From NCBI GenBank assembly GCA_030634545.1, contig DAOWAN010000001.1, positions 15,010-79,009 on the forward strand: a stretch of DNA of 64,000 nucleotides, given 5' to 3'. Positions 19,672-31,200 of the stretch are shown here, piece by piece. Position numbers and translations under genes: made by a program. The notes beneath the pieces are model-generated. The model was not told the origin of the DNA, ran no database searches, and saw only the letters and a program-made list of their open reading frames with translations. The stretch comes from Candidatus Nanohalarchaeota archaeon (lineage in GTDB: Archaea; EX4484-52; B79-G9). Every line of letters starts with the position of its first letter. Position 1 is the stretch's first letter.

Positions 19672-20094
19672 ATGCAAAATTTTAAAAGGTTGGGACAAGC
19701 TGCGACAGAATATCTTATTGTAATTGCGATTTCACTTTTGCTCTTGACTCCAGTCATATTGATAGGTAACAATGCAGTAATTGATCTGAAGCGCACTACA
19801 GATAATGTTATTGCGAGAGATGCTGTAGATAAGATTACAGATATGTCACGGATTGTCTATGCTCAGGGACAGCCTGCAAAGATCACAAGTAGTGTGAAGT
19901 TTCCTGGAAATATAATTTCAACTACAATCGCCAACCAGATGATAATTATGACCATATCTGCCGGCACTGCTTCAAATGATATCTTCAATATTATGGATTT
20001 TAATGTAACCGGTAGTCTACCCACAACATCCGGAGTTCATAGTATTTGTGTTGAAGCCATAGATTATGGTGTGAATATCACTATGGCACCTTAA
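19672..20094 (+). CDS. class III signal-peptide (pilin-like) protein
   Basis: KRLG|QAATEYLIVIAISLLLL, an archaeal prepilin motif (QxxxE type). Confidence 0.85.
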   Translation: MQNFKRLGQAATEYLIVIAISLLLLTPVILIGNNAVIDLKRTTDNVIARDAVDKITDMSRIVYAQGQPAKITSSVKFPGNIISTTIANQMIIMTISAGTASNDIFNIMDFNVTGSLPTTSGVHSICVEAIDYGVNITMAP

Positions 20095-20516
20095 GAAGCA
20101 TCATCATACAAATCACAACCATAAGACCCATAGATTCTGTTTTGCAACTTTTAACCCAGGCACTAAAAACAGCAACAATACACACAATTCTCAAATATCA
20201 TGCAACAACAACAGCTTGAACTCGTCAGAAATAATTATTTAATGGTTCTGATTAAAAAATACATGGACTCTTGTCTGATGATGACAAGGAGGTGAGATGA
20301 TCCTATATATACATATATACGGAAATGATTTCACCTACTTATCTGAAAACAAATATCGCTTCTGAGAAGTAAAAATTATTTCGGATGAATTTCGAAACAG
20401 TAGATTGATAGAGCCATTGCTATCTGTAACAATTAAAAAAATCATTTTCCTGTCTGCGACAACAGGTAGACACCACAGAGTAACACTTTAAATAGTTGAT
20501 TATTTATTAAATCCAT

Positions 20517-20990
20517 ATGCCTAACAAAGCGGAATACATAATCGGACGTCTTGACATAATAGAACATTATTATTTCAAAGGTTTGGGCTCAAAATTAAAT
20601 GGATTGAAAGGCGATTTAGAATATTTCCGGGAATTTAGTCGTGAAGATGATTTTGATCCAATAGCGCATGCAAATGAAATGTATTTATGGGTTGCTAAAA
20701 AATATGACAATATTAACAAGGCAAACTTAGCCAAAAATGCTGAAACTAGCTGTTTACAAGATGTACCAGAACTTATTGAGAGACTTGGGAAAAATATAGA
20801 GTATTTAATTCAAGGAAAGGATTCTAATAAAAATATTACCTCAGCATATCAGATATCTTCAGATATAATTGAAAAAGGGCAAGAATTTAGGAAATTCATT
20901 AATGATTATATCAAAGAACTTGAAGAATTAGGTTATGATAAATTAGCTTTAGAATATAAACACAAAACAACGCATAATTTTGGTCAATAA
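20517..20990 (+). CDS. hypothetical protein
   Basis: 157-aa ORF, predicted helical, no recognised motif. Confidence 0.5.
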   Translation: MPNKAEYIIGRLDIIEHYYFKGLGSKLNGLKGDLEYFREFSREDDFDPIAHANEMYLWVAKKYDNINKANLAKNAETSCLQDVPELIERLGKNIEYLIQGKDSNKNITSAYQISSDIIEKGQEFRKFINDYIKELEELGYDKLALEYKHKTTHNFGQ

Positions 20991-21056
20991 CACTGCCGCT
21001 TTTGCATTACATCTATCAATACACCAACAACAAGAACCATACCTAGAACAAAATGT

Positions 21057-23117
21057 TTACTTACTAAACCCAAGAACCACATTCTCTTTTTCCAGACTGA
21101 ATCTGCACTTCCTTTTCTTGGTCTTTTTGCCCTTGTACATGATTTGATTTATCCATTCAGGCATAGTCAATTCACATATGAAATTCTTTGGCTTCTGCCT
21201 GAAATCTATCCTGATTTCAATACCATCAGTACTTCTTTCGACTTTTAAATCAAAGATATTATCACCAATAACTTTCCCATGCCTATACATATGTCCCCAA
21301 GCATCAGGTAGTTTCGGCTCAATCGCAAGCATCTTTTTCCCTACATCCGGTCTGATGCCAAAAAGAAAATCATCAACAGCATAAATAAAAAGCGAAGACG
21401 ACCATGCCTGATCCGTTGCACCGAGCAGTTTTCCGGATTTTGCATCAACTATCTCAGATAGTCCCCCCGGCTGAAATTTTTCACAGTCATACGAACAATC
21501 ATCAAGACAATTTATTCCCTCAGAAATCATACCGTATCTCAAAAAAGCCACGGCACCCCATCCAGTAGTCAGCCCCCAACAGGACCCCGTATGATACCCT
21601 GACGAATTGTAATTCCTGCTCATCTTGGATCTGGTTCTGATGCCATAGACACTCTTTAACTCTGTTTTTGTCCTCTCCAATACATGCTGCGCTTTTGCTT
21701 GCGGAGTCAAGCCAAAAAAGAGAGGCACCAATTCATTAGCAGTTATTTCCGGATTAGGTAGTTTCGAGTACGTATCATAATATGTTTTTTTGTTATCATT
21801 CCAGAAATTCTGGTTTAGTTTATTGTTCATTTTCATTGAGAGCTTAGGCTCTATTGTTTTTAGCGCCTCAACCCACATAGCCTGCACCTCAATTGCACTG
21901 CCCGAACGCTCAATTGAATCCATCCATGTTTCATTTGATTCGTGGGCAACAATATAGTCCATAAGTACCAGATTCTTCAGTGAAACAGCGATATTTTTTT
22001 TTAGTTCCTTTCTGAGTGTCAAATCACCGCTCTTTTTCTCATAGTCCAGTAACGTTATCAGAAATAAAGGATCAATATCCACACCGTGATATTCTTTCTT
22101 CCCATCCAGGTGAACGATACAGGGCATTCTTTTGTCCTGAAATTTAGCTATAGTCTGAAATATCTCTCTTGCTACTTTGAATCTACCCATATCTATAAGA
22201 CCAAGAAGACTCCAGAAGATATCCCTTCCCCAGTATTCAAGGAACCAGGGATAACCTGCAAAGATTCCAGTACCGGCATCAGACTTACTTATGAGACCCT
22301 GCAAACTATACTGAGCCCAAAGATACGTCTTATCCAGACGATCATGAGGAGTATTGATATCATGATCATGATATATTTCTATTGATTTCTTTAATTTAGA
22401 GACCATGCCTTTGTCCCAATTTTGAACGCATTTATCGTATATATCTATCAGCACACCCCTGCTTTTGGTTGTCGCGCAGTATACTATAGGTATCTTTACT
22501 TCCTCATTGATACCCAAATCAAATGTAATCTCATATTTTCCCGGAATAAAACAGCACTGCGACGAACCAGGACTGTGGTTCTTGTACTCATTAGATATAA
22601 CATTACAGATTTCAATATCTTTTTCTGTTCTCCCTACCCCATACATACACTCTCCAGCACTTGATTTAACAATAACAGATTTTCTTAGTTCATTGAACTC
22701 TGTTTCGTATTTCCTATCATGAACATTTTCCTGTTTTGTTCTCATATTGACTGCTGCCTCAATATTAATCTTTACTTTTCTTTCTTTCGCAATCATGTTC
22801 TTTATGGAAATTACCGAAATCACAGACGGATAATCATCTGGCGCGAAAACAATTTCAGTAATATTTAAGTCATCCACTAAAAAATGATGTTTAGTACCCC
22901 ATGGCTTTATACTGCATCTTGTACAGTTCTGTTCTGAGAGCCATGTTTCATTAATACGATATGCAAAATATTCAAATGCCTTGATTGGAGGCATCCATAT
23001 ACCGCACCATTTTGTTTTAAAGCCAGTATCTGTATAACGATTAATAAATGAATACATACCGCCAGAGCTATATTGTTTTAAGTTGATTTCCTTTTTTTCA
23101 ATATTCCAGCTTAACAT
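21057..23117 (-). CDS. amylo-alpha-1,6-glucosidase / glycogen debranching family
   Basis: IFAGYPWF..WGRD, TWMD, AIEVQA.W, YHTGSCW and QAWS motifs. Confidence 0.88.
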   Translation of the reverse strand: MLSWNIEKKEINLKQYSSGGMYSFINRYTDTGFKTKWCGIWMPPIKAFEYFAYRINETWLSEQNCTRCSIKPWGTKHHFLVDDLNITEIVFAPDDYPSVISVISIKNMIAKERKVKINIEAAVNMRTKQENVHDRKYETEFNELRKSVIVKSSAGECMYGVGRTEKDIEICNVISNEYKNHSPGSSQCCFIPGKYEITFDLGINEEVKIPIVYCATTKSRGVLIDIYDKCVQNWDKGMVSKLKKSIEIYHDHDINTPHDRLDKTYLWAQYSLQGLISKSDAGTGIFAGYPWFLEYWGRDIFWSLLGLIDMGRFKVAREIFQTIAKFQDKRMPCIVHLDGKKEYHGVDIDPLFLITLLDYEKKSGDLTLRKELKKNIAVSLKNLVLMDYIVAHESNETWMDSIERSGSAIEVQAMWVEALKTIEPKLSMKMNNKLNQNFWNDNKKTYYDTYSKLPNPEITANELVPLFFGLTPQAKAQHVLERTKTELKSVYGIRTRSKMSRNYNSSGYHTGSCWGLTTGWGAVAFLRYGMISEGINCLDDCSYDCEKFQPGGLSEIVDAKSGKLLGATDQAWSSSLFIYAVDDFLFGIRPDVGKKMLAIEPKLPDAWGHMYRHGKVIGDNIFDLKVERSTDGIEIRIDFRQKPKNFICELTMPEWINQIMYKGKKTKKRKCRFSLEKENVVLGFSK

Positions 23118-23311
23118 TCTATCACTTCAGAGCAATCAATATTTGTTTAGCATAATCCGTCAATTCCATTGAAAATATTTAAACAAAGAGATATATATAT
23201 CTTACAGTGACAAGTAGTAATATAGGATTACCATAGAAAATATTCAGATAAGTCTGATTTGAAACACCAGCGACCATAGGATGATGGGATTCTATTTCGA
23301 AGAGAGACAGG

Positions 23312-25141
23312 GTGAAAGTTATGGATGATGTACTAGCAGAAGCAGATTATTTTTTTGAAGTGTCGTATGAAGTTGCGAATAAGGTTGGAGGCATCTATAC
23401 TGTAATCCGCACAAAATCTGAGCAGATGCTTGGATATTATGGTAAGAATTATTATACTATCGGATTTTATGATCCTAAGCAGGCAAAGGTCGAATTTGAG
23501 GAAAAAGATTCGAAAGCATTTGCTGGCGTCTTTCAGAAGCTTGAGAAGATGGGCATCAAGTGCCACTATGGGACATGGGTCTCTGCAAGAGGCAGACCGA
23601 ATTGTATTCTTTTGGATATTAATGGCTATCGCGGACATTTGAATGATATCAAGACAGAGTTATGGATGAAATATAAGATTGATTCATTGCGATCCGATTC
23701 GTGGTTCGGGGACCCTGTGGTATGGGCATATGCATGCGGGATACTTATCGAGAGACTAAAGGAAGATCTTCACATGAAGAAAGTTGTTGCGCAATTCCAT
23801 GAGTGGATGTCCGGTGCCGGACTTCTTTATCTGAAATCAAGGAAAGTAGAGGTTGCAACTGTATTTACCACACATGCCACAATGCTTGGCAGGAGTATGG
23901 CAAATTGCAGTGATAGCCTTGTCAGGGAGATTGAAGATGGATTAAAAAATGGCAGATCTGTAGATCCAAGAAAGTCTTATGAGTATAATGTTGAGGCAAA
24001 GCATCTTACAGAATGCGCATGCGCTGATAAGTGTGATGCCTTCACAACTGTTTCTGAAACAACAGCACGGGAAGCAGAATACATCCTCTCAAAAAAGCCG
24101 GATGTTGTACTCCCAAACGGGCTTGAGCTTGGAAAATATCCATCCATGGAAGAATGCATTTACCTGCATCGCAAGTGCAAGGAGAAGATTGTGGATTTCC
24201 TCGCAGGATACTTTAAGCCATATTATGAGATTAACCTGCATGACCCCAGAATCATGTTTATCTCCGGCAGATATGAAGTGCGCAACAAAGGAGTAGATGT
24301 ATTTGTCCAGAGTCTTGCAAAGCTCAACAATGAACTCAAAGAGCGCAAAGACAAGACAGACGTATTTGCCTTTATAATGATACCTACAGCCACCAAGAGC
24401 GAGAATCATGAGGCACTTGAAAATCTGTCCCTGTTTTCCGACATCAAGGAATATGTAGATGACTTATCAGTAGACATTAGCACAAATATTATCTCTTCAC
24501 TTACTTCCGGGAAAACAGACATGAGAATATCTGACTCTCTCACAGACTATCAGAAGATAGATATCAAAAAGTTTGCCTCTGCATTCAAATCAAGGAGTGG
24601 CGGTACAGCCCCATTATGCGCATTTGAACTGCAAAATGCAGGGAACGATGTAATATTAAGGATGCTTAGGGAGAACGGACTTTTGAATAGAGAAGAAGAT
24701 AGAGTAAAAGTAGTTTATTATCCTGCATATCTCTCAAATTCAGACCGGATGCTTTCTCTGAGCTATAATTCATTCCTGCTTGGTTGCAGCCTTGGAGTGT
24801 TCCCGTCTTTTTATGAACCATGGGGATATACTCCTCTTGAGACGATTGCTAATGGTGCTTTGACTATAACCACGGACCTTGCAGGCTACGGAAAATTTAT
24901 GGAAAAGCAGATGAAAGGCATGAAAGACACAGGCATTTATATTCTCAAAAGGAATAGCAAGAAAGACGAGGATATTATCGATGATTTAAAATCAATTTTT
25001 TCTGCTGTCGTGAAGATGGACAAGAGCGAGATTCTTTCGAGGAAATATCATGCAAAGAGATTATCTCTGCTTGCAGACTGGAAAAATCTTGCATCTAATT
25101 ATGTGATTGCGCATAACAAAGCACTTGGAAAGATCAAGTGA
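23312..25141 (+). CDS. glycogen synthase, GT3 family
   Basis: FEVSYEVANKVGGIYTV, FHEWM, FTTHATMLGR, GRYE..NKG, GVFPSFYEPWGYTPLE. Confidence 0.93.
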   Translation: MKVMDDVLAEADYFFEVSYEVANKVGGIYTVIRTKSEQMLGYYGKNYYTIGFYDPKQAKVEFEEKDSKAFAGVFQKLEKMGIKCHYGTWVSARGRPNCILLDINGYRGHLNDIKTELWMKYKIDSLRSDSWFGDPVVWAYACGILIERLKEDLHMKKVVAQFHEWMSGAGLLYLKSRKVEVATVFTTHATMLGRSMANCSDSLVREIEDGLKNGRSVDPRKSYEYNVEAKHLTECACADKCDAFTTVSETTAREAEYILSKKPDVVLPNGLELGKYPSMEECIYLHRKCKEKIVDFLAGYFKPYYEINLHDPRIMFISGRYEVRNKGVDVFVQSLAKLNNELKERKDKTDVFAFIMIPTATKSENHEALENLSLFSDIKEYVDDLSVDISTNIISSLTSGKTDMRISDSLTDYQKIDIKKFASAFKSRSGGTAPLCAFELQNAGNDVILRMLRENGLLNREEDRVKVVYYPAYLSNSDRMLSLSYNSFLLGCSLGVFPSFYEPWGYTPLETIANGALTITTDLAGYGKFMEKQMKGMKDTGIYILKRNSKKDEDIIDDLKSIFSAVVKMDKSEILSRKYHAKRLSLLADWKNLASNYVIAHNKALGKIK

Positions 25142-25555
25142 TGTTTTTGGACATACACGAAGCGAATAATCATTATACCAGACGAGATAAAATATTTATG
25201 AGTAAATTGTTGCTGTTTTTCGAGCAACAGAAATAAATCGTTAAAGGGTAAATGATAAGAGAATGATTTATTCTGTGTGCGAATAGATATGCATTTTATG
25301 ATTTTTGCGCATTGTGTTTCAGGATAGTTTTTTACAATACCGAAATAGCAGTTTCTCTCGTGTATCTGCAAGCATATAAAGTGTTAAGTATTATAGTAAA
25401 ACAGCAGAATCCAATAATACCAAGAAGATATAAATATGTCATATTGTATATATTACATGTGTATATCATGTATGTTGGGATATTGGGACACAATATGTGG
25501 ATTATACGTATTCAGCTATGCGAATTAATGCATAGATGTTCTTGTTGGTGATGAT

Positions 25556-26305
25556 GTGAGTGGGTTGAATCAGGCGAATCAGAAAATCATTGAAAAGATT
25601 TTAAAGCAGCTTCGTATAAGTCCTTCTGATGTCGCCTATGAAAAGAAGCCAAAAAACGTTGTTCTGATTACAGCAGAATACCTACCAAGAGACCTAACCC
25701 CGATTTCACTACAATGCAAGAATCTTGCAGAAGGTCTTGCCCATAGAGGCATCAATACACATGTAGTCTCTTTTGATCCATGGAAAGAGGGTCAGACAGC
25801 AAACATTGGTGGAGCAGAAGTACATTATGTCGGTAATTCTGTTAAATCTTATTCACCCCTTACATGGGCAATTACTTTGAATATGGAAATTGGACGCGTT
25901 GTAGCAGACATATACCACAGCGAAGGCAATATTGATCTGATTCATACACATGAATGGCAGATGTTTCCTGCAGGCATAACACTCCAGAGCGCGCTCAAAA
26001 AGCCGCTGATTTCAAGTTATTACACGCTGCAGGAACAGCGCACACCCGGCATAAACAACGGGTTTACTGAATCTGTGAAACAGATCGAATGGCGGGCATC
26101 TCAGACATCAAATAGCATCCATGTGAATGAAGACTGGATGAAAAGCGCTCTTTTGCAATTTTACTCACCCGCAGAATCTAAAGTAAATGTTCTAAAACCA
26201 GACACATCATCATGGGCAAGGGATGTCGTAAGAGATTATTCATGGGTACTCAAGAATTGGGATGCACCAGTAGAAATATCTGAAAAAGAGAAAAAAGATG
26301 ATTAA
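25556..26305 (+). CDS. GT4-like N-terminal-domain-only protein
   Basis: LITAEYLP, DLIHTHEW; resembles the N-terminal half of the next gene and lacks the C-terminal nucleotide-sugar-binding domain. Confidence 0.7.
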   Translation: MSGLNQANQKIIEKILKQLRISPSDVAYEKKPKNVVLITAEYLPRDLTPISLQCKNLAEGLAHRGINTHVVSFDPWKEGQTANIGGAEVHYVGNSVKSYSPLTWAITLNMEIGRVVADIYHSEGNIDLIHTHEWQMFPAGITLQSALKKPLISSYYTLQEQRTPGINNGFTESVKQIEWRASQTSNSIHVNEDWMKSALLQFYSPAESKVNVLKPDTSSWARDVVRDYSWVLKNWDAPVEISEKEKKDD

Positions 26306-26314
26306 GGTTTTTTC

Positions 26315-27529
26315 ATGAAAGTACTTCATTTAACATCAGAATACCCGCCTCATAAAGTTGGCGGACTTGGAACACATGTAGAAGAATTGACACGCGCACA
26401 GGTAAAAGCAGGTATTGAACCTATAGTTGTAGTATGCGCTTTCTCAGGGAATCAGGGCTATGAAAATGTCAATGGAGTTCACGTCTTTCGATTTGATGCA
26501 GACAATATCCCCGCAGAAGATTTTCCATCTTGGGCGCTCCAGATGAACGTTCTTATGCAGAAACAGGCAAGTCAGGTAATTGAAGAATTTAAGGATATCT
26601 CATTGATACATGCACATGACTGGCTTGTAGCAACAGCAGCAGTAGGGCTCAAACATATTTTCAGGATACCCCTGATTTCCACAATCCATTCACTTGAAGA
26701 AGGACGACGCGGTGGCATTTATGAAGACAGACAGGAACTGATACATGATATTGAACGCAAGATGACGTATGAATCATGGCGGGTTATTGTATGTTCTAAT
26801 TTTATGAAACAAAGCGTATGTTCTGCATTTTCTACCCCTTGGGAAAAAATGGATGTAATCCCAAATGGAGTGGATTTGTCCAAGTATAGTTCTGATTCCG
26901 GACATTATTCAGAAGTGAGAAGCAGATTCGCTTTGCCGCATGAGAAGATTGTCTTTTTTGTCGGGAGGCATGTATGGGAAAAAGGAGTTGATGTACTTGT
27001 AGGCGCTGTACAGTCAGTCCTTTCAGAAGTTCCTGACGCGAAGTTTGTTATTACAGGAGAAGGATATATGACAGATAAATGTAAGGATATGACCTGGCAT
27101 ATGGGACTTGGAGATAAGGTATTATTTACCGGCTACACTGACGATAAGACCCTTGATGCTCTTTTACATGTATCAGATGTCATTGTTATCCCATCACGCT
27201 ACGAGCCATTCGGGATTGTGGCACTTGAAGGTATGGCTTCGCATACGCCGGTTGTAGCTGCGGATACAGGCGGACTGTCTGAGATAATTCAGCATGACTT
27301 GAACGGCTTGAAAGTATGGTCCGGACATTCAGAGTCACTTGCGATGGGAATAAAAAGGGTTCTTAAGGACGATGGTTTGAGAAATAGTATTGTAAACCAT
27401 GCTTATGATACTGTTACAAGTACATATAACTGGGACAAGATTGCAGGCGATACAAAAAGAACTTATGAAAGAGTTATCGAAGAATATAATTGCGCTGACT
27501 GGAAACCGAGCCCCGGACTTATGTGGTAA
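26315..27529 (+). CDS. glycosyltransferase family 4 (glycogen-associated)
   Basis: EYPP..VGGLG, IHAHDW, FVGR...EKG, PSRYEPFGIVALE. Confidence 0.92.
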   Translation: MKVLHLTSEYPPHKVGGLGTHVEELTRAQVKAGIEPIVVVCAFSGNQGYENVNGVHVFRFDADNIPAEDFPSWALQMNVLMQKQASQVIEEFKDISLIHAHDWLVATAAVGLKHIFRIPLISTIHSLEEGRRGGIYEDRQELIHDIERKMTYESWRVIVCSNFMKQSVCSAFSTPWEKMDVIPNGVDLSKYSSDSGHYSEVRSRFALPHEKIVFFVGRHVWEKGVDVLVGAVQSVLSEVPDAKFVITGEGYMTDKCKDMTWHMGLGDKVLFTGYTDDKTLDALLHVSDVIVIPSRYEPFGIVALEGMASHTPVVAADTGGLSEIIQHDLNGLKVWSGHSESLAMGIKRVLKDDGLRNSIVNHAYDTVTSTYNWDKIAGDTKRTYERVIEEYNCADWKPSPGLMW

Positions 27530-27567
27530 CTTTTGTTCTTTCTACATATCAACAAAATACAAACACC

Positions 27568-28578
27568 TTAATGTGACTGATAATCAAACTTTAAATATTT
27601 AGCAGCCATACTTTCGCAGTAGCTGCATTTATTGCAGTTTTTGTCGCACAGTATAACTTTCGCATGAAAATCCATCAATTGTGCATTATCGATATATGCA
27701 TTGAATCGTTTTTTAAACGCATGTAAATTCGAATCCATCAACTCAAGGACATTGCCATCATATGATTCCTCCAGATAAGCTTTCGCCGCATTTATTATCC
27801 ATTCTTTATCTCTCGTGCGACCGGATATTTTAAATGATGACGTAATTCCCCTGTATTTTCCTGTATCCTCAGGACGTATCCAATTGGATTTAAATATCTG
27901 TGATGGGTCCATCTTATCTATAAGAGAGCAATTATTAAAAAAATGATCCGCAGAACGTTGACTTTCTTTGTTTAAGTGCGCCATATAGTTGAAATGAAAA
28001 ATGCGATAAGGACAGCGATACATACAACCTTCATTCACCATAATCCGAATGTCCGCATCAACTGCCTCCTTTATTTCCTTAAGCACCCCAATGTCCCTAT
28101 TTATATCGCGATCAGGCACAATTACATCTGCCCCCAGTTTATCATAGAACATCGCTCTTTGCACAGAATCAATCTCACCAAGCACAGACGCTGTGATGCG
28201 TATCTGTGGAAGCCGACTCTTCACAGTCTGTATAAGCAAAGGATTCGCGATAGTCAAAGCATCAAGATCACATGTCCTATACAGTTTGGCAATCGATTTT
28301 ATGAGCCTCTCTATTGTTTTCAAGTCATACGCTTTCGCGCCATCACATGTACTGTTCATAACTAGATTTGCACGGATATCATTCTCATGTATTAACTTTA
28401 TAGTATCCACGGTATTGATACCTTTTTTAGGAATCCTGCCGGATCCATATATCGCGGGATCTGAAAAATATATTTCATCAATCTTATTTTTGCAATCTCC
28501 TGTTTCCAGATACTGCATTAACTCATCTATCGTTTCAGAGTTGCCATTATAGGGTATTGAAAATTTAAGTGAACTCAT
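27568..28578 (-). CDS. peptidase U32 family (Fe-S) protein
   Basis: PDRDINR, NEGCMYRCPYR, FKISGR; C-terminal CDKNCNKCSYC. Confidence 0.8.
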   Translation of the reverse strand: MSSLKFSIPYNGNSETIDELMQYLETGDCKNKIDEIYFSDPAIYGSGRIPKKGINTVDTIKLIHENDIRANLVMNSTCDGAKAYDLKTIERLIKSIAKLYRTCDLDALTIANPLLIQTVKSRLPQIRITASVLGEIDSVQRAMFYDKLGADVIVPDRDINRDIGVLKEIKEAVDADIRIMVNEGCMYRCPYRIFHFNYMAHLNKESQRSADHFFNNCSLIDKMDPSQIFKSNWIRPEDTGKYRGITSSFKISGRTRDKEWIINAAKAYLEESYDGNVLELMDSNLHAFKKRFNAYIDNAQLMDFHAKVILCDKNCNKCSYCESMAAKYLKFDYQSH

Positions 28579-28581
28579 AAT

Positions 28582-29580
28582 CTACATCATTGTCTTTGTC
28601 ATTTTAATTTCTTTCGAACTTTGCGCACGATGAAACCCCATGTGTTCATTCACATGATTTACTATCTCATTCAATATTCCTTCAACCTCAGTATTTTTCA
28701 GGCTAGAGAATACTTTTTTGTTATCATATATTTCCACAATATACTCTGGTTTTTTATTGTGGTATGAGACACAGAGATTTTTAGATGAACTATTTATTGT
28801 ATCTTTTGAAGCTGTTTTGTCATGAATGACACTTAACGTATTTTGCGGACTATATGGAGCAAACGTAAGATGGACCTCGATTTGCCTGCTTTCTTTACTA
28901 TGCCTATTATTGGTCTGTTGCGTGTACATTCCCTCAAATCTGATGAGAACATGCTTCTTATTTTCATACTCTGTTTTGCAGGTCTTATTGCATATTGTAA
29001 TAAGAGAAAAACGACCTATATTTTTTTTAAGAAGTCGAAGACCTTTGAATAAATGCAATTGTTTCACTGATGGCGAGGATTTTATAATCAGTTCTGCAAG
29101 CGCTATCAATTTTGGATCCTTCTCTCTATTTATGAACTCATTACACACCCCTGGCAACTGATCATATCTTGTTGGCTCAAAAGACAAATTGACTAGCGTA
29201 AAAATTCTCGCGCCTTCTGTCCATGATAAGAAAGAGCATCCCTTCAGAATATGTTCTTTTACAGTGTCAACATATGGAATGTACCCAATATATAAGCCAC
29301 TACCTGTACCGTTTTGTATCTCATCGCATTTTTTAGCAAGTGCTGACATCACCAAAAGCCCCGGTTTTTTAAATTCCTCAATAACATACATGTACCCACT
29401 CGAAGAACCTATCCTTTTGTTTTCTTCTTTTGCAGTGTCATAGAGGAGGCATCCAAGATATACAGAATCCCTATCCGACTCGCAGCCATAGAATAACTCA
29501 CTATGATAATAGCCAGTATCTACTCTTTTTGGTACCTCTGTAAGAAGATTGCTCAATTTATTTATCATATTTTCTGTCAT
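28582..29580 (-). CDS. hypothetical protein
   Basis: 332-aa ORF, 3 nt upstream of the U32 gene. Confidence 0.55.
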   Translation of the reverse strand: MTENMINKLSNLLTEVPKRVDTGYYHSELFYGCESDRDSVYLGCLLYDTAKEENKRIGSSSGYMYVIEEFKKPGLLVMSALAKKCDEIQNGTGSGLYIGYIPYVDTVKEHILKGCSFLSWTEGARIFTLVNLSFEPTRYDQLPGVCNEFINREKDPKLIALAELIIKSSPSVKQLHLFKGLRLLKKNIGRFSLITICNKTCKTEYENKKHVLIRFEGMYTQQTNNRHSKESRQIEVHLTFAPYSPQNTLSVIHDKTASKDTINSSSKNLCVSYHNKKPEYIVEIYDNKKVFSSLKNTEVEGILNEIVNHVNEHMGFHRAQSSKEIKMTKTMM

Positions 29581-29772
29581 ACACGACCAACCACTGAGTG
29601 TTTATCCTACCTGAATTCAATAATAAGGTAGTGTTCGTAATAATTATTTATTATTTCTATGATTATATATTGTTGTCTACTTATGATTTAATCGAAACAT
29701 ACTCAATTGACAAAATAGGAATCCACATACAATCAAAATATTAGCGGATTCACTACATATACAGGTCACTAT

Positions 29773-31200
29773 ATGAAAGTCGCTCTAATATTCCCACCAT
29801 ACAAACACAAAAAGTTTGCAGAAAACGTGAATGTAGTTGATGAAGAATTCGGGTGTTATCCACCTCTTGCACTTGCCTATACTGCCGCGATTTTAGAAAA
29901 TAAAAAACATGATGTCATCATTATTGATTCTAATGCACTTAGCATCTCTAAAGAAGAGACACTTGAAAAACTAAAAAAATTCAATCCGGATGTCATTAGC
30001 TTTAATCTCCATTCAGTCTATTCCTTCTTTGACACACTCGAATGGATAAGATACTTTAAGCAAAACACAAAACTGCCGATAGTAGCTGGCGGAAACATTG
30101 TACCTGTCTATCCACGCGAAATCATGAAATACAATGTGATTGACTACATTGTTTTGGATAATTCCCTGAAATCCCTGCCAAAACTGCTCTATGCACTGGA
30201 TAACAAAAAGACATACAATAAAATAAAGGGAATAGGCTACAGAAAGAATAACAGCACTATTGTAATCAATAAATCAGATGCAAAAGATTATTACTGCAAT
30301 CTGGACGAACTTTTCATGCCGGCAAGGCATCTTCTGCCAAACGACAAATATTACTCTTTTATATCAAAGAAAAAGAATTTCACGATAATGCTCACTTCAA
30401 GAGGCTGTCCTTACAATTGTGTTTTTTGTGCAATCAGGAAAGACAAGTATTTACAGAGAAACCCAAAGAAAGTAGTGGATGAGATTGAGATATGCATAAA
30501 AAAGCATGGTATCAGAGAAATAGATTTTTTTGATGCAACATTTACTGCAAATAAAAAATGGGTTTCACGTTTCTGCGCTGAAATAAAAAAAAGAAATCTG
30601 GTAGTTGACTGGTCATGCAGGACACGCGTAGATTGTGTAGATGACAAACTTCTCTACACAATGGCAAATGTAGGATGCAAAAGAATATACTACGGCATTG
30701 AATCAGCAGATGAGGAAGTACTTAACTCCATATCAAAAGAGATATCTTTTTCACAGGTAAAAAAAGCCATCATCCTCACAAAGAAACATGGCATCAAAGC
30801 ACTCGGCTTCTTTATGATTGGAAATCCAAATGATACAAAAAAATCAGTTGAAAAGACAATTCAACTTGCAAAAGGACTTAGTCTGGACTATGTACAGTTT
30901 TCAAGGACAATACCAAAACCAGGCACCGATCTGGAAAAGGAATTATCTGGCGCTGACAGTGATTACTGGAGAAATTACATTAAAGGCATTGTACCAGAGA
31001 GAAGAATCAAGACAAATTATTGCAAATTAAGTGACAAAGAAATAGAATACTATACTAAAAAAGCATATATTACATTCTACTTGAGACCAAAATACGTTTA
31101 TCATACACTAGGTGAAATCCGCTCATATCATGAGTTCAAAAGATACATAAAAGCCGGTCTGTTCATGATTATGTCTTTTTTCTCATCTGACAATTCGTAG
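29773..31200 (+). CDS. cobalamin-binding radical SAM protein
   Basis: N-terminal PPLALAY B12-binding domain, TSRGCPYNCVFC, GIES, GFFMIG. Confidence 0.92.
   Translation: MKVALIFPPYKHKKFAENVNVVDEEFGCYPPLALAYTAAILENKKHDVIIIDSNALSISKEETLEKLKKFNPDVISFNLHSVYSFFDTLEWIRYFKQNTKLPIVAGGNIVPVYPREIMKYNVIDYIVLDNSLKSLPKLLYALDNKKTYNKIKGIGYRKNNSTIVINKSDAKDYYCNLDELFMPARHLLPNDKYYSFISKKKNFTIMLTSRGCPYNCVFCAIRKDKYLQRNPKKVVDEIEICIKKHGIREIDFFDATFTANKKWVSRFCAEIKKRNLVVDWSCRTRVDCVDDKLLYTMANVGCKRIYYGIESADEEVLNSISKEISFSQVKKAIILTKKHGIKALGFFMIGNPNDTKKSVEKTIQLAKGLSLDYVQFSRTIPKPGTDLEKELSGADSDYWRNYIKGIVPERRIKTNYCKLSDKEIEYYTKKAYITFYLRPKYVYHTLGEIRSYHEFKRYIKAGLFMIMSFFSSDNS

Noticed and set aside
20200..20480. Possible pseudogene fragment (GLLSDDDKEVR-like) with an AGGAGGTGA RBS-like site
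   Set aside because: Too short and interrupted to assign
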